From the human T2T-CHM13v2.0 reference genome, Homo sapiens, in the NCBI RefSeq assembly GCF_009914755.1, contig NC_060940.1: a DNA stretch of 64,000 nt. The stretch is one strand, 5' to 3'. The stretch's first letter is position 1; each line of letters opens with the position of its first letter. Below, piece by piece: positions 27,900-43,205 of this stretch. The translations under genes were made by a program, and so were the position numbers. The notes below the pieces were generated by a model, which was given only the letters and a program-made list of their open reading frames with translations, did no database searches and was not told where the DNA came from.

Positions 27900-28070
27900 A
27901 ATGACTACATCATTTGCAAAACCCAGTGAAAAATAAAAGTGTGAGGCCTCTTGTTAAAAAATGACACGGACTTTCAAGGCAGACAGCAGAACATTCACTA
28001 AGCATAAAGCTTTTCTGCCTGTGGGTGTCTGTGCACCTGCCTAGACTGAACACCCAGGAAGCCAGCCCTG
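27900..28070 (-). mobile_element. MER91A-like MITE
   Basis: cccagtgaaaaataaaagtgtgaggcctcttgtt...gaagccagccctg. Confidence 0.6.
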
Positions 28071-28926
28071 CCATGGGCTGATATTGAGACGATGTGAAGA
28101 TTTCATTTCCTATCAATCTTTCACCCAGTGGTTTTTAGCACCCACTTATGATACTTACTTGAGTTAATTGTCACATTGGCAGTTCCACATTGGTGGGTTT
28201 CAAACTCTTATGGTCATTCTTTCTATTTTCATTATCTGGTATTCTGATGTGAAAATGAGCCCTCTCCCTCCACTCCCCATTCTTGAGTATCACTACGGGC
28301 TCATAGATCCTTCTTAAGTTATTTAATGTGTTACAATCATTGCTATTCTTCTTTTTGATGCTCAAATTGTCCGAAGTCTAACCAGCGAGTGGAAACCTTT
28401 CGGTTATTATTTTGCACTTACCTGGCCAAGCTCTTCTTCCATCTATGTCTCTTCCCAGTCCAGCAAACATTTATCAGGCACCTACTGGGTACTCATTTCA
28501 GGGCTGGGAGCCAGGAGTAAGATGAGTAAGATGCTTTTTTTTCCCTTGAGGGTAGGATACCTGAGTTCAAGGGAAACTCAGTGTGGTGAATATCTGTTCT
28601 GCAGTGGTCCAAGTGCCAGGAGAGAGGGAGCTAGGGGGAGATGGCATTATGGGGGAGGGGCATCCAACCCAGGCCAGAGAGGATAAGAGACCTACCCAAA
28701 GTTGTACAGTGGTGGTGACACTGGGTGTTCAGCTCAGGACTTCTCACCTCAAGTGTAACTCACTTTTCATCACTGTCTCTCCAGGTGTAGACTAATTACC
28801 AGGTACCTCAGAATCACCTGTGCTGCTTATCAGAGGTGGCGATTTGGGGGCCTCACAGAGACCTATACAATCTGAATGAATAGAGAGAGATATCCTGAAC
28901 TTTTTATTTAAAAAGAGTATATATTT

Positions 28927-29212
28927 GGCCGGGCACAGTGGCTCACGCCTGAAATCTCAGCACTTTGGGAGACCGAGGCAGGCAGATCACTTGAGATCAG
29001 GAGTTTGAGACCAGCCTGGAGAACATGATGAAACCCTGTCTTTACTAAAAATACAAAAATTACCCGGGTGTGGTGGTGTGTGCCTGTAGTCCCAGCTATT
29101 CAAGAGGCTAAGGCAGGAGAATTGCTTGAACCCGGGAGGCAGAGGTTGCACAGAGTCGAGATGGCACCACTGCATTCCAGCCTGGGCAACACAGCAAGAC
29201 TCCATCTCAAAA
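28927..29212 (+). mobile_element. AluS followed by a (TG/TA)n tail
   Basis: Full dimer. Confidence 0.93.
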
Positions 29213-29899
29213 TATATGTGTGTGTGTGTATGTGTATGTGTATATATATGTGTGTGTATATATATAACTATGTATTACATTATGCATGTGTATATAAGCT
29301 GCTGGTTGATGGAGTGTATTTTTGTTGAGTTTGCTGGTTATATGCAGATGTTGGAGCGTAATGTTAAAAAGAGTACTCCAGAAACCCCCACACCACTTAT
29401 CAGCAGAAACAGTCCCTGCACTGCTGAGTCTCCCCTATGACCGTCCCCTGACTCATCTTCACAGGTAGCCACTTCCTTGTATTTCCATCCTTCTCCCTTA
29501 CTTACTGCACGTTTGAGTATCTTTAAAGGACACAAGGGATAGATTGTTAAAAGTTAAAAGTTAAAGTTGTTAAAAGCTTCTGGATTTTGCATTTTCCAAA
29601 AGTAGTGTGTGCGCGTGTGTGTGTGTATATATGTGTTTGTGTGTGTATATACATATATATACATACTCTCAAGGTGTAGACTAATTACCAGGTACGTCAG
29701 AATCACCTGTGCTGGTTATCAGAGGTGGAGATTTGGGGGCCTCGCATATATATATATGTGTGTGTGTATATATATATGCACACACACACATATATATAGA
29801 CATACACATATATACACACACATCTATATAAATATATGTGTATATATGCATATATATATATACACACATATATGTATACACACACACATATATATATAG

Positions 29900-30459
<560 letters not shown>

Positions 30460-30954
30460 TGACACAGAATTCTTCCACGGATGGGCATCTCTCTGGGGTT
30501 TCCCTGTTACAGAAATGATTTGTGTGGGTGTCTTGTGCACACCTGGGAGAGTTTCTCCAGGACAAGGCCTCCCATACTGACCTGATGACCAGAGTAACCC
30601 GAGACTTGGTAAAAATCCAGGGTTATCAGACCTCTGCCTCTGAAAATTATGTTTCATTAGGTTTGTGCTCAGGATCAAGAATCTTTTTATTTAATTTGCT
30701 TTGGTTTTGGTTTTTACAAGCACTTCAGATGTTAATATTATCACTAGGAAACTTTTGGAAATACAATGGCAGCAGTTCCCAGCCTGGCTACATGGTAGAA
30801 TCTCCTGCGGAAGATTATCAAGAAAGTACCACTGATTTAGCTCTGCCTCTGTAGATTCTGTGTCAATTGGTTGGGAGGGTGGGGTGGGAGGTAGGGATAT
30901 TTTAAAACCTTGCTGGGTGATTCTAATATTCAGTTAAGACCAAGTGCCCTGGGG

Positions 30955-31908
30955 CCATGTTTCTCAGCTAGGGAATGATTTTGCCCCTCAGATAAGGCCA
31001 TCAGATAGTTAAGGATGCCCAATGAAACTGGAAATGTGTAACAATTTTTTAGTATATGTGTTGTAAATATTGCATGGGCATACTTTTAAAAAAATTATTT
31101 CCATAGGTTATTTGGGGACAGGTTATTTGGGGACAGGTGGTGTTTGGTTACATGAGTAAGTTCTTTAGGGGTGATTTGTGAGATTTTGGTACATCTATCA
31201 CCTGAGCACTGTACGCTGCACCCAGTTTGTAGTCTTTTATCCCTCACCTCCTTCCCACCCTTTCCCCCCGAGTCCCCAAAGTCCACTGGGTCATTCTTAT
31301 GCCTTTGCATCCTCATAGCTTAGCTCCCACTTATGAGTGAGAACATACGATGTTTGGTCTTCCATTCCTGAGTTAGTTCACTTAGAATAATAGTCTCTAA
31401 TCTCATCCAGGTTGCTGCGAATGCCATTCATTCATTCATTTTTAGGGCTAAGTAGTCTTCTGTCTTATATATATATATATATATATAAAAAACACATTTT
31501 CTTCATCCACTTGATTGATGGACATTTGAGTTGGTTTCACATTTTTGCAATTGTGAATTGTGCTGCTGTAAACCTGCGTGTGCAAGTATTTTTTTGTATA
31601 ATGACTTCTAGATACCCAGTAGTGGGATTGCTGTATACTTACACTAAAAATGAGTTGTTGTTTATCTGAAATTCAAATTTAACTGGGCCACCTGTGTTTC
31701 TGTTGCCAACCGTGGTACCCATACCCCCAGGGGACATTTGGAAATGTCTGGAGACACCTTGGCTTGTCACCACTGGGTGGCGAGTGCCATCAGCATCTAG
31801 TGGGTAGAGGATGGGGCACTGCACACTATGCTACAGTGCACAGGACAGCCCCCTGCCATCGAGAATGACGCAGTCCAAACGTCAGTGGTGCTGAGGTTGA
31901 GAACCTCT
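30955..31908 (+). mobile_element. MER20 split by MER53 (about 30992-31715), which is itself split by an L1PB
   Basis: gattttgcccctcag...ccccaggggacatttggaaatgtctggagac...gaggttgagaacc. Confidence 0.75.
31086..31634 (-). mobile_element. L1PB1-like 3' end
   Basis: ggtggtgtttggttacatgagtaagttcttta; TSD atactt. Confidence 0.9.
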
Positions 31909-32759
31909 TCCCTTGTGTTTGCCTCAGTGTTTGTGGAACATCTCAGTTTGAAGAATGCTTCATCACATATTCAGGCTGGCCGTGGTCTCATGGATGGAGG
32001 GGCTTCCTGGCCTTGTGACAGACCCCCACCCACCCACCTCTGGAGAGATGGACAGGCCCTCAGGTGAGCATCCTCCTGTCTAACTCAGGCCGGGTGGGGG
32101 TTGGGAACAATAACGGTGGAGCAGGTGGTGCCGGGTCTCTTCTTTCGCCACCACCGCTGGACACTGCTGAGAACGAAGCATTAAACCCAGCAGAAAATGA
32201 TCTCGGTGAAGGTACAAAACAGGGAGATTTTTCATCCTAATTTCAGAGATGCTCGTGGTGCCCTTGCGTGGCATCTTGAGTCTTCCATTATTAAAAGTGT
32301 TCTTAATTAAAGTGGTTTATGACCTTCAAAGGGGGCAGGCCAGAAAGGGCATTGTTTTGTGGTGCTAAGCAGAGTTTTTCAGCTCTGGAAACTGTAATGA
32401 GGACTCATAAGTTGGCAGAGCAGTCAGTAATCACCCCTTAACTCTCGGCAAGCATCTGATCGTGTGCGCCGTGAGCTATTATTTCATCTCTGCCACCCGG
32501 CACTTGGCCAAATTGCAGAGGCTACATTTAAAATGCTTCCTTCCTCCCCTTCCTGCAGCCTCTTTACCTCTTAGCCAATATTTCTAGGATGTTATGGAGG
32601 AGGAGAGCATTCCCAGGGTGGACAGGTGGACTGAGTAACTTGAAATTTAGGCAAGGGTCTCACTGTTTCTAAGTGAACAGCACCATTCAGTTCCTGGGTT
32701 CCTCTTGAAGGAGGAGCAAATACTTGATGAGGCAGCAGCCTAAGAAAGTCAGTCTTTCT

Positions 32760-33170
32760 AGCTGGACGTGGCAGCTCATCCTTGTAATCCCAGCACTTGC
32801 GGAGGCCGAAGCGGGTGGATCACTTGAGGTCAGGAGTTCAAGACCAGCCTGGGCAACAGGGTGAAACTCCATCTCTACTAAAAAAAAAAAAAAAAAAAAA
32901 AAAAAGCCAGGCGCACCTGTAGTCCCAGCTTCTCAGGAGGCTGAGGCACAGGAATTGCTTGAACCAGGAAGCTGAGGCTGTAGTGAGCCAAGATTATGCC
33001 ATTGCACTTCAGCCTGGGTGACAAGAGTGAGACTCTGTCTCCCAATAAAATAAAATAAAATAAAATAAAATAAAATAAAATAAAATAAAATAAAATAAAA
33101 TAAAATAAAATAAATAAAAATAAAATAAAATAAAATAAAATAAAATAAAATAAAATAAAATAAAATAAAA
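32760..33170 (+). mobile_element. AluS with an A26 middle tract and a (TAAAA)n tail
   Basis: Dimer; about 25 TAAAA units at 33046-33170. Confidence 0.93.
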
Positions 33171-33701
33171 GTCTTTCCTCAGTGCCTGAGAACTAACTAT
33201 ACCCTTTTGGACATTTCTGTTATGGAAACCAGGCAAGACATAGGACATAACCTTCTGCAAATAAATAATCATCATAGAAGTAACAGTAGCAAAGGTTTAT
33301 TGAACACCTACAATATGGTAAATATTGTTGAAATAAATGTATAAGTCACCTCTTTGGTAGCAGTTTTTGACTTTTTGTGATGAGCACTGTTGTTATTATC
33401 ATAGAGGGAAAAACTGATAGACTTCACCACATTGAGATTTTAAAATTCTTCTGGATAAAAGATATAAATTAAGCTTACAGATATTTCTAATACACAAAAT
33501 GGAAATATTAGTATCAGTCAATAAGAAAAAGGCAGTGACCAGTAGAAAAATGAGCAAAGTCACTCCCGGAAAACTAATATATATGACATGTTAATGTAGT
33601 TACCAGCGGAATGCAGGTTGATTCAGGAAGATAACGGGTCCAATGCTCAAATAGCAAACACTTAAAAATGTGATAATACCAAATGTTGGTGAGGATATTT
33701 G

Positions 33702-34197
33702 TAGGGGTGCACATCTAACAAATAAAAATACATTGGCCATGCATGGTGGCTCGTGCCTGTAATCCCAGTACTTTGGGAGCCTGAGGCAGGAGGATCACTT
33801 GAGGCCAAGATCACAAGAGCAGGAGTTCAAGACCAGCCTGGCCAACATGGTGAAACCCCATCTCTACAAGTAATACCAAAATTAGCCAGGTGTGGTGGCG
33901 CGCACCTGTACCCTCAGCTGCTCCAGAGGGTGAGGCACGAGGATTGCTTGAACCCAGGAGGTGGAGTTTGCAATGAGCCGAGATTACTCCACTGCACTGC
34001 ATCCTGGGCGATGGAGTGAAACTGTTTCAAAATGAACAAACAAACAAACTAAATATGTATTAAGCCCAGTAAAATTTGAATTTTACATAAACAATGAATA
34101 AATTTTTAGTATAAATATGTTGCAAATTTGACAGATTTATATGAAAAATTATGGTCTCTCTGGAATTTAAATTTAAGTAGGAGTGTGGCAACTCTAG
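33702..34197 (+). mobile_element. MER53 split by an Alu (33735-34050, +)
   Basis: cccagtaaaatttgaattttacataaacaatgaataa...ggcaactcta. Confidence 0.7.
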
Positions 34198-34394
34198 ATG
34201 TGGGGAGATGCAAGTTACTGTACAGTCAAATTTACATGAATGCCCTGGAGCTCCTGTTAAAAATGCAAATCACTGGGCTTCCTCTCTGAGATTCTGATTA
34301 AGTTAGATGTGGGGTGGAAAACAGGCAGTGGGCTGCTGGTGCTTGTGATAGCAAACTAGTGAGGAACAATTGGTAAATTCTTAGCAAAAAACAA

Positions 34395-34426
<32 letters not shown>

Positions 34427-34724
34427 ATATATATTTTTTTTGAGGCACAGTCTCATCCTGTCACCCAGGCTGGAGTGCACTGGCACAATCATGGCTCACT
34501 GCAGCCTAGACCTCCTGGGGCTCAGATGATCTTTCCACCTCAACTTCCTGTGTATATGGGATTACAAGCATGCACCACCATGCCTGGCTAATTTTTTTTT
34601 TTTTTTATAGAGATGGGGTTTCGCCATTTTGGCCAGGCTGCTTGGTCTCCTGGTCTCCAGCAATCCATCTGCCTTGGCATCCCAAAGTGCTAGGGATTAC
34701 ATGCCTGAGCCACTGCGCCCAGCC
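34395..34724 (-). mobile_element. AluJ with (TA)n at the tail
   Basis: Diverged dimer. Confidence 0.9.
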
Positions 34725-34919
34725 TGCAATTTTTGTAAAATGAGTTTTAAGTAGGCTGAAACTTGGTAGCTTGAAATCAACAGAGTGGAAATATTTACAC
34801 CACAGTAATTGGTGAATTACTTTAAGTCAGGGCTTTAAAAATTGTTTTACCGAAGAGCCACTTATTAAATGTTTACCAGCACACTGTTGGACCAAATGTC
34901 TACCTGAACAAGTTCTTAG

Positions 34920-35279
<360 letters not shown>

Positions 35280-35399
35280 ATAATTTCTAATTGTTATATC
35301 AGGAGGTCAATTTCTGGAGCAGCTGATCCTTCATATGTGGAAGCAGGAGTCTCTCAGCAAGTAATCTTCAATCACTTGCATGATGATGGGCAGCCTCGT

Positions 35400-35800
35400 T
35401 TTATTTTTCATTAAAACATTTTTAAATTTTGGAATTTTGTGGGTACACAGCAGGTGTGTATATTTGGGGGGCACATGAGATGTTTTGATACACGCATGCA
35501 ATGTACCACAGTCACATCATGGAGTGTGGGGGTCTCCATCCCTTTGAGCATTGATCCTTTGTGTTACAAACAATCCACTTATACTCTTTTAGTTATTTGG
35601 AAATGTACAATTAATTTATTATTAACTATAGTCACCCTATTGTACTATTAAGTAGAAGGTCTTATTCCTTCTTTCTGTTACTGTACCCGTTAACCATCCC
35701 CACCTTCCCCCCACCATCCTCTCATTACTTTTCCCAGCCTCCGGTAATTATCCTTCTACTCTCTATGTCCATATGTTCAATTATGTTGATTCTAGATTTG
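35400..35800 (-). mobile_element. L1MA 3' end
   Basis: gggtacacagcaggtgtgtatatttggggggcacatgagatgttttgatac. Confidence 0.85.
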
Positions 35801-36343
35801 ATGGGCATCTTTAGACCAAAGAATCTACTGCACTTCAAATTCTTCATGTGTGTAATGAGAATAGTGATGGCACTACCTTTGTAGTGTTTGGGAATGATTT
35901 GGGGAGATACTTTTTTGTGTAAAGGGCTTAGCACCCTCAATACTTATCAAAGGGGTGCTATAAATGTTTTACTAAAACAGAGCTTTCTTGTGGCCCTGCT
36001 TTAATGAGTACATGAGACTTGCTTGGAATTAGCATTATTTGCTAATTGTATCACACTTGTGGAGCAGTCTTTAGAAAGTGACTGTTTTGCTAAGGATGTG
36101 GAGATAAGCCTCCTTGCAGTGTTGTCTGTGCTCTTGCCTGCTCCCTCAAAGCCTTCCTATCATACAGTGGTTATAAGTGCATAGTCTGATGCCAGACCAC
36201 CACAGTCCATTCCATGGGTCTGCCAATTATTAGGTATTATTAGGTGCGTGATATTAAATTGCTTAGCCTCAGTTTGCCCCAGTTTCCCCATCTGAAAAAG
36301 GGGGATGATAAGAGCAGGTGAGGATTTAAATGAGATAATACAG

Positions 36344-36807
36344 GTGTATTACTTTCCTTTTCTGTTGTAACAAATTACCACAGAATTAGTGGCTTAAAAC
36401 AGCACAGACTTATTCTCTTACAGATCTGGACGTCAAAAGTCTAAATGCAGACCTGTGGGGTTAAAATCAAGGTTTCTACTGGCAGCTCCAGGAGATAATC
36501 TATTCCTTGCCTTGTCTAGCTTCTGGCACCCACCCACATTCCTTGGCTGGTAGCCACATCACGCTAATCTCTGATACTATTGTCTCTGCATATTACTAAC
36601 CTTGGTTCTCCTGGCTACCTCCTCTGGGGACCCTTGAGATTGCAACTCTAGGCACACCCTGATAGTCCAGGATAACCTCCCCATCTCAACAACCTAAATC
36701 ACATCTGCAGAGTTCCTTTTGCCATATAAAATGACATATTTGCAAGTTCCAGGGATTAGGATGTGAACATCTTTGGAGGAAGGAAGGCCATTATTCTGCT
36801 GACCACA
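36344..36807 (-). mobile_element. MLT1C/D LTR inserted in a MIR (about 36165-36870)
   Basis: ctgttgtaacaaattaccac...ggccattattctgctgaccaca. Confidence 0.8.
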
Positions 36808-37464
36808 CCAGGTAAAACTTGCAGCAGTGCCTGGCACAGAGAAAGGCTTGTTATGTGCTACCTGTGGTTTTAACTGAAGTGTAAGGAGGTCAAGGACAGA
36901 CTGCCCATCCTGTTCCAGTGAGCACTGATGCTGGCTAAGCATCAGACAGTGGCTTTCTATTGCTCACTTGAGTTTAACCATTCACAGAGGGAACTCTTGC
37001 ATAGCCACCTCTTGCCTTGAGAACCAATAGAACATGGATGCTCCCAGCCCACTTTCCAATTCCCAGGTTTCTTCCTCAGCCTGAATCTCTCAGTTGTCTG
37101 TCTGGAGAGATTTCTCAGGCCCCAAAGGTCAACTGTTATTAAAATTTTAAATTGGGTGAATGCAGATTCTACACACGTCATTCCATTGACCTAGCATCCA
37201 TTCTTGCTCAGGAACATACAATGACAGGGGTGTTTTCTAAGAGTAGTGTTCCTCATTTTGAGTGCATGGGGTAAGAAAAAAGGAAATTTGTATAAAAGTC
37301 CAAAACAGAATTTCTTTATTTAAGTTTCTGATGAAGGAAAAAAACACATGGTAAGCCCAAAGCAAAAATACAACTGAGTTTGGATTGAATTTTAAGGATG
37401 TGTAAGGAATGACAGTTTTCACCAGAAAACAGAAAGATGCTGTGCAGATCCTAAAGAAATTGTT

Positions 37465-37590
37465 GCTGAGGCAGGAGAATCACTTGATCCCAGGAGGCAG
37501 AGGTTGTAGTGAGCCGAGATCGCACCACTGAACTCCAGCCTGGCTGACAGAGCAAGACTCTATCTGAAGAAAAAGAAATAAAGAAAGAAA
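37465..37590 (+). mobile_element. 5'-truncated Alu (right arm only)
   Basis: TSD aaagaaattg(t/c)tg. Confidence 0.88.
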
Positions 37591-37673
37591 GAAATTGCTG
37601 GTGGCTTTCTCTCTCTGCCCCTCTCTCTCCCCATCCAGCTACCAACAAGTGTTTTTGAATAAGAGGAACCCTA

Positions 37674-38012
<339 letters not shown>

Positions 38013-39269
38013 TTATCTATATTATTTCACTTAATTATTACCATAACTCATTTTGCAATAAACAAACTGAGGCTGAAAGAAGTTATTATTTATTCACAGT
38101 CACACGGATACGGAGTGGAAGAAGGTGACCCAAACCTATTAGATTTCACATTACCACCAGCCCCATGCCCCTCCCAAATTCCATTTTTTATGTTCCCCCA
38201 AAGTATTACGTGAAAACAGCAAATATGGAGCTATGACAATGTCATCTTCAAACACATTCCCCAGATGTAGCTATAAATACATTCTGCTTGCCATTAAACC
38301 ATGCACATTTCCACCTTCTTTTTTCTTGCCTTTTTTAGTGTTAATCAGATTCATGCCGTTCACAGAGCAGTCATATCTCCGAAACCTCTAGCTCCTCATG
38401 AAGTGTTTGGGGAGTTAAGAAGTGGCCTGGTTTCCCTGAAAGAGTTTTCAACTTCACAGAGCCCAGCCGCACCTCCTCCATCATTCTGTCAGTGTGGAGC
38501 AACCCCAACACAGTGAAAAGCCAAACATCCCTTTGATTTAATCAGCCCCTTTTATGCAGAATTGAAGCCAAGTGTCTCTTCTTCCCAACAGCACAGGATT
38601 TCCTGGAACATGAAGATCAATGGTGTTGATAGGCTGTTGACAGAGTGTTGACCATAAGCCCATTAAACAGAAGGTGGAACCGCAATTGTGGTCAAAGGCT
38701 CCCTCCCAAGATGGCCAGAAGACAGCAGGGCTGAGATGGGGGAAAAAGCTACCTTCTCCGGACTTTTCATTTTCACGGCATGAAGGTGACATGGGTGATC
38801 CTGGAAAGGAGAAAGAAAGTTTGAGAAATGTGTTTTCCAGGAAGCTTTTCTAACCTCTCACAACCCTCTGGCAGAAATATCCATTCCCTTCTCATTCATT
38901 TCCTCTCTCCAAGAATTTTGAGCCTTTTTTTCATTTGGGGCATATTCTATTCTATTTTATTCAGCATTGCTTAATAAAATTTGCACCACAGAGCATGCTG
39001 AACATTTTACATTAGTTGTTGCATTTAATCATCTTAAGAATCCATTAGGTAAGTACTACTTATCATTATTCCATATTTAACCGTTGTTGAAACCAAGGTA
39101 CTTGCTTGAGCTTCCAAAATTACTCAATAGCAAAGCCAGAACCTAAATTCGGGTGGTGGGACAGAAATTCTTAACCCTTACTTCACACTATATTTGTTTG
39201 GCTTATTAGGTCTCCCTTTGTGCTCTTTTGTTTAAAAAAAACAAAACAAAACAAAACAATAGTTTAATT

Positions 39270-39582
<313 letters not shown>

Positions 39583-41189
39583 TCCCCTTGTTCTCTAACC
39601 TCCTTTATCAGGTATAACTGGATTCAGTTGCTTCTAGGAGAAACTCCAAATAACAGTAAATTAAGGTGAAGTTTATCTTTCTCTAATGTAAAAAAGATCC
39701 AGAAACAGGTAGGCTTTGATTAGTGTGGTAGCTCGATGAAGGTATTGGGAGCCCATCTCTCTCCTTCCAAATCCGTTATGCATCCATGGCTCCTGTTCTC
39801 GTGGTACAAAATAGCCCCTGGAGATCCAGCCATCGCTTACATGTTCCAGGTGGTATGATGAATAAAGGAGCAAAGAAGGCTGTATCTCCTGTCTTTAAGA
39901 TTTTCCAGAGATCTCACATCATACTTACACTCATATATAGTTGGTCAAAACATAGTCACATTCACTCTTTATACCTACATCCTTGGCAAGATCCACTTCT
40001 CATCAAGCCTGAGCTATTACAGTATTTCCCTAAATTGTTTCCCAGACTCAGTCTCTCCCTGTTCTCATCCTGACCCTGTACTGCTATCAGGACAGTTTTC
40101 TTTGAACTATGCTTTGTCATCCCAGTCCCTAGATATGAAGCACTCAGGGGACCTTCTTTATCTCTAAGATTACATCTGAATTCCATTTTCTGCTAAAAAA
40201 TGCCTGCCTCCTTTCCCATTATGTGGCATGCCTTTCTCCACCTTTTTTCTTCACTTCACATCATCCTCTCTGGCCTAAAATGTCTTTACTCCTTTGTCTC
40301 ATTGGGTCTAAATCTCATGTCTCCTTTAATATGCATTTCAAATTCTACCTCATTCATAGTCATTCATTCACTGAGCAAATGTTGTTTATGATGATATGTA
40401 AAGCACTGAGAAATGGCTAACAGATCGTAGAAGGTGACTATTATTATCATTAAGAGTAATTATAGTAAAAGTGGTAATAGTGTGTATAGCCTGTTTCTTG
40501 GGCTCTGGATTAGGAATTGGGTCATTCGCTTTTCAGTAATCCAGCAGCTACGGTATGAGAAGTGAGGGTTTGGTTTTTTTTTTTTTTTTTTAATATATAA
40601 TGATAATGGTGAGTATGTCGCCTTGAGAGAAAGAATTTCCTTTTATATGATAGGGCTTATCTTTGGGACTCCAGACAGAGATCCAAGTTCAATATGGTCT
40701 TCTAATCCTTGGGAAGTAATTGCCTCCACTCTGGTCTTGAATTTAGAAAGTGTTAACTTAATAAGATAGAATGGCATTTTACTCATTTACGGTTGTATTA
40801 TGTATCCTGATCGTAATATGTGAGTTAATATTTGAAAATGTATTTTTATGTGTATAAGATAAACTGTAGCTTTAAAAAGACTCATGAAAATCTGCATGTT
40901 GATCTAAGTGCATTTTAGATGCCCACATCCGTCTTTATAGGTTAGGTAATGCTGCTGTATCAAACCCCAAACCTGAATAGCTTAAACCAGCAAAGGTTTG
41001 GTTCTTGCTCCATTACATGACCATTGCAGGTGGGTCATGGAGCTGGTCCAAGGTGATAGAGCAGTTATCATTCCCACCATTGCCATTCTCTGGCTCAGAA
41101 AGATAAAGAAAGTTCTGGAGTGTTATACGCCAGGTTTAAACCATCAGGTTGTACACACAGAAAAAATCCAAAGTTGGCAAGGAACAACA

Positions 41190-42513
41190 GATGTTGAATC
41201 TTGAGCAAGATTATTCTGGGGGAATGAAGCTGGAGGTATCACACTTCCTGGTTTCAAATTATATTACAAAGTTATAGTAATTAAAACACTATGGTACTGG
41301 CATATAAACAGACACATAGACCAGTGGAGCTTAATAGAGAGCTCAGAAATAAATCCATACATCTATAATCAACTGACCTTCAACAAGGGTGACAAGAACC
41401 TGCAATGGGGAAAGGATGGTCTCTTCGAGAAATGTTAATGGGACAACTGGATATCCAGAGGCAGAAGAGTGAAATTAGATCCTTATCTTATACTATACAT
41501 AAAAATCAAGTCAAAATGGATTAAATGCTTAAACTTAAGACCTAAAGCCATAAGACTCCTAGAAACAAAACAGGAGAAAGTGCCTTGACATTGGTCTTAG
41601 CAGTTTTTTGGACATGACACAAAAACACAGGCAACAAAAGCAAAAATAAAAAGTGGTTTTACGTGAGAGCAGAAAGTTTTTGCATAGCAAAGGAAACCCT
41701 CAACAAAATGGAAAGGCAGCCTATGAAATGGGAGAAAATATTTGCAAATCACATATCTGATAAGTGATTAATATCTGTGTTTTATATAAAAAGTAGTACA
41801 ACTCAGTAGCAAAAAGCCAATAGCCAGATTTTTAAAAATAGACATAAGACTCAAATAGATATTTTTCCAAAGAAGACACACAAATGGACCACAGGTACAT
41901 GAAAAGGTGCTCAGCATGATCAGGGAGGTTAAAATCAAAACCGTAATGAGATACCACCTCATACCTATTAGGATGGCTGTTGTCCAAAGGCCAAAACGTA
42001 AGTGTTGGTGACGTTGTGGAGAAAAGACAACTCTTAGGCACTTGTTGGTGGGAATGTAAATTGGTACAGCCATTATGGGAAACAGTATGGAGATTTCTCA
42101 AATAATTAAAACTAGAGCTACCATATGACCCAACAATCCCACTTCTGGGTATAAATCCAAAGGAAATAAAGAGAGGACTGCACTTCCATGTTTATTGCAC
42201 TTTATTCACATTATTCACAATAGCCAAAATATGAAATGACCTAAGAGTCCAATGGTGGATGAATGGATATGGAAAATGTGAGATACTTGTATACATAGAT
42301 ATATATGTATATGTGTATATATGTATCTATGTGTGTATATATGCATCTATATCTATGTATATATATATCTCACATATACCATATACACATATACACACAC
42401 ATATATACATACAGTGACTTTTAGGCCATTGTGTGTTTGTGTATATATATGTACATATAACATATACACTTATATATACACACAATGACTCTTAGGTTAT
42501 GTGTGTGTATATG

Positions 42514-42547
<34 letters not shown>

Positions 42548-43205
42548 TTGGTGCATATATACATTTATATACCATATACACGTATATACACACACACAAT
42601 GACCTTAGAGTTCATTAATGGCTGAATGGATAAAGAAAATGTGGTGTGTGTATATATATAGATATGTTTGTGTGTTTGCATGCGTATACACAATGAAATT
42701 ATATTCAGTCTTAAAAAGGAGTTTTTCTATTTGTGACAACATGGATGATTCTGGAGGACATTATGCTAGGTGAAGTAAGCCAGATACAGAAAGACACAAA
42801 TACTCTATAATATCACTTATACGTAGAATCTAAAAATGTCGAACCCATAGAAACAGAGGGTAAAATGCTGGTTACTCAGAGCTGGACGGTGGGAAAAATA
42901 GGAAGATGCTAGCCACTCTGTTTATACCACACAGTATAAGTTTTCAGTTATAAGTTGAACAAGTTCTGGAGACCTAAAATACAGTATAGTGACTATAGTT
43001 AATAATAATGTGGTGTATACTTGAAATTTGCTAGGAGAGTAGACCTCAAATGTTCTTACCACAAGCAAACGTAGCTGTGTGAAGTGATTGATATGTTAAT
43101 TAGCTTCATTATGGTAATCACTTCAAAATGTGTACATATATCAAAACATCATGAGGTACATCTTAAATATATACGATTTTTATTTGTCAACCATACCTCC
43201 ACAAA
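41190..43205 (+). mobile_element. L1MA-type element (decayed ORF2 3' part and 3' UTR) with an internal microsatellite
   Basis: ggaggtatcacacttcctg...ggtactggcatataaacagacacatagaccagtgg; typical 3' UTR. Confidence 0.9.

Noticed and set aside
32143-32162. CTCF-like CCAGCGGTGGTGGCG on the minus strand
   Set aside because: The spacing does not fit the core motif.
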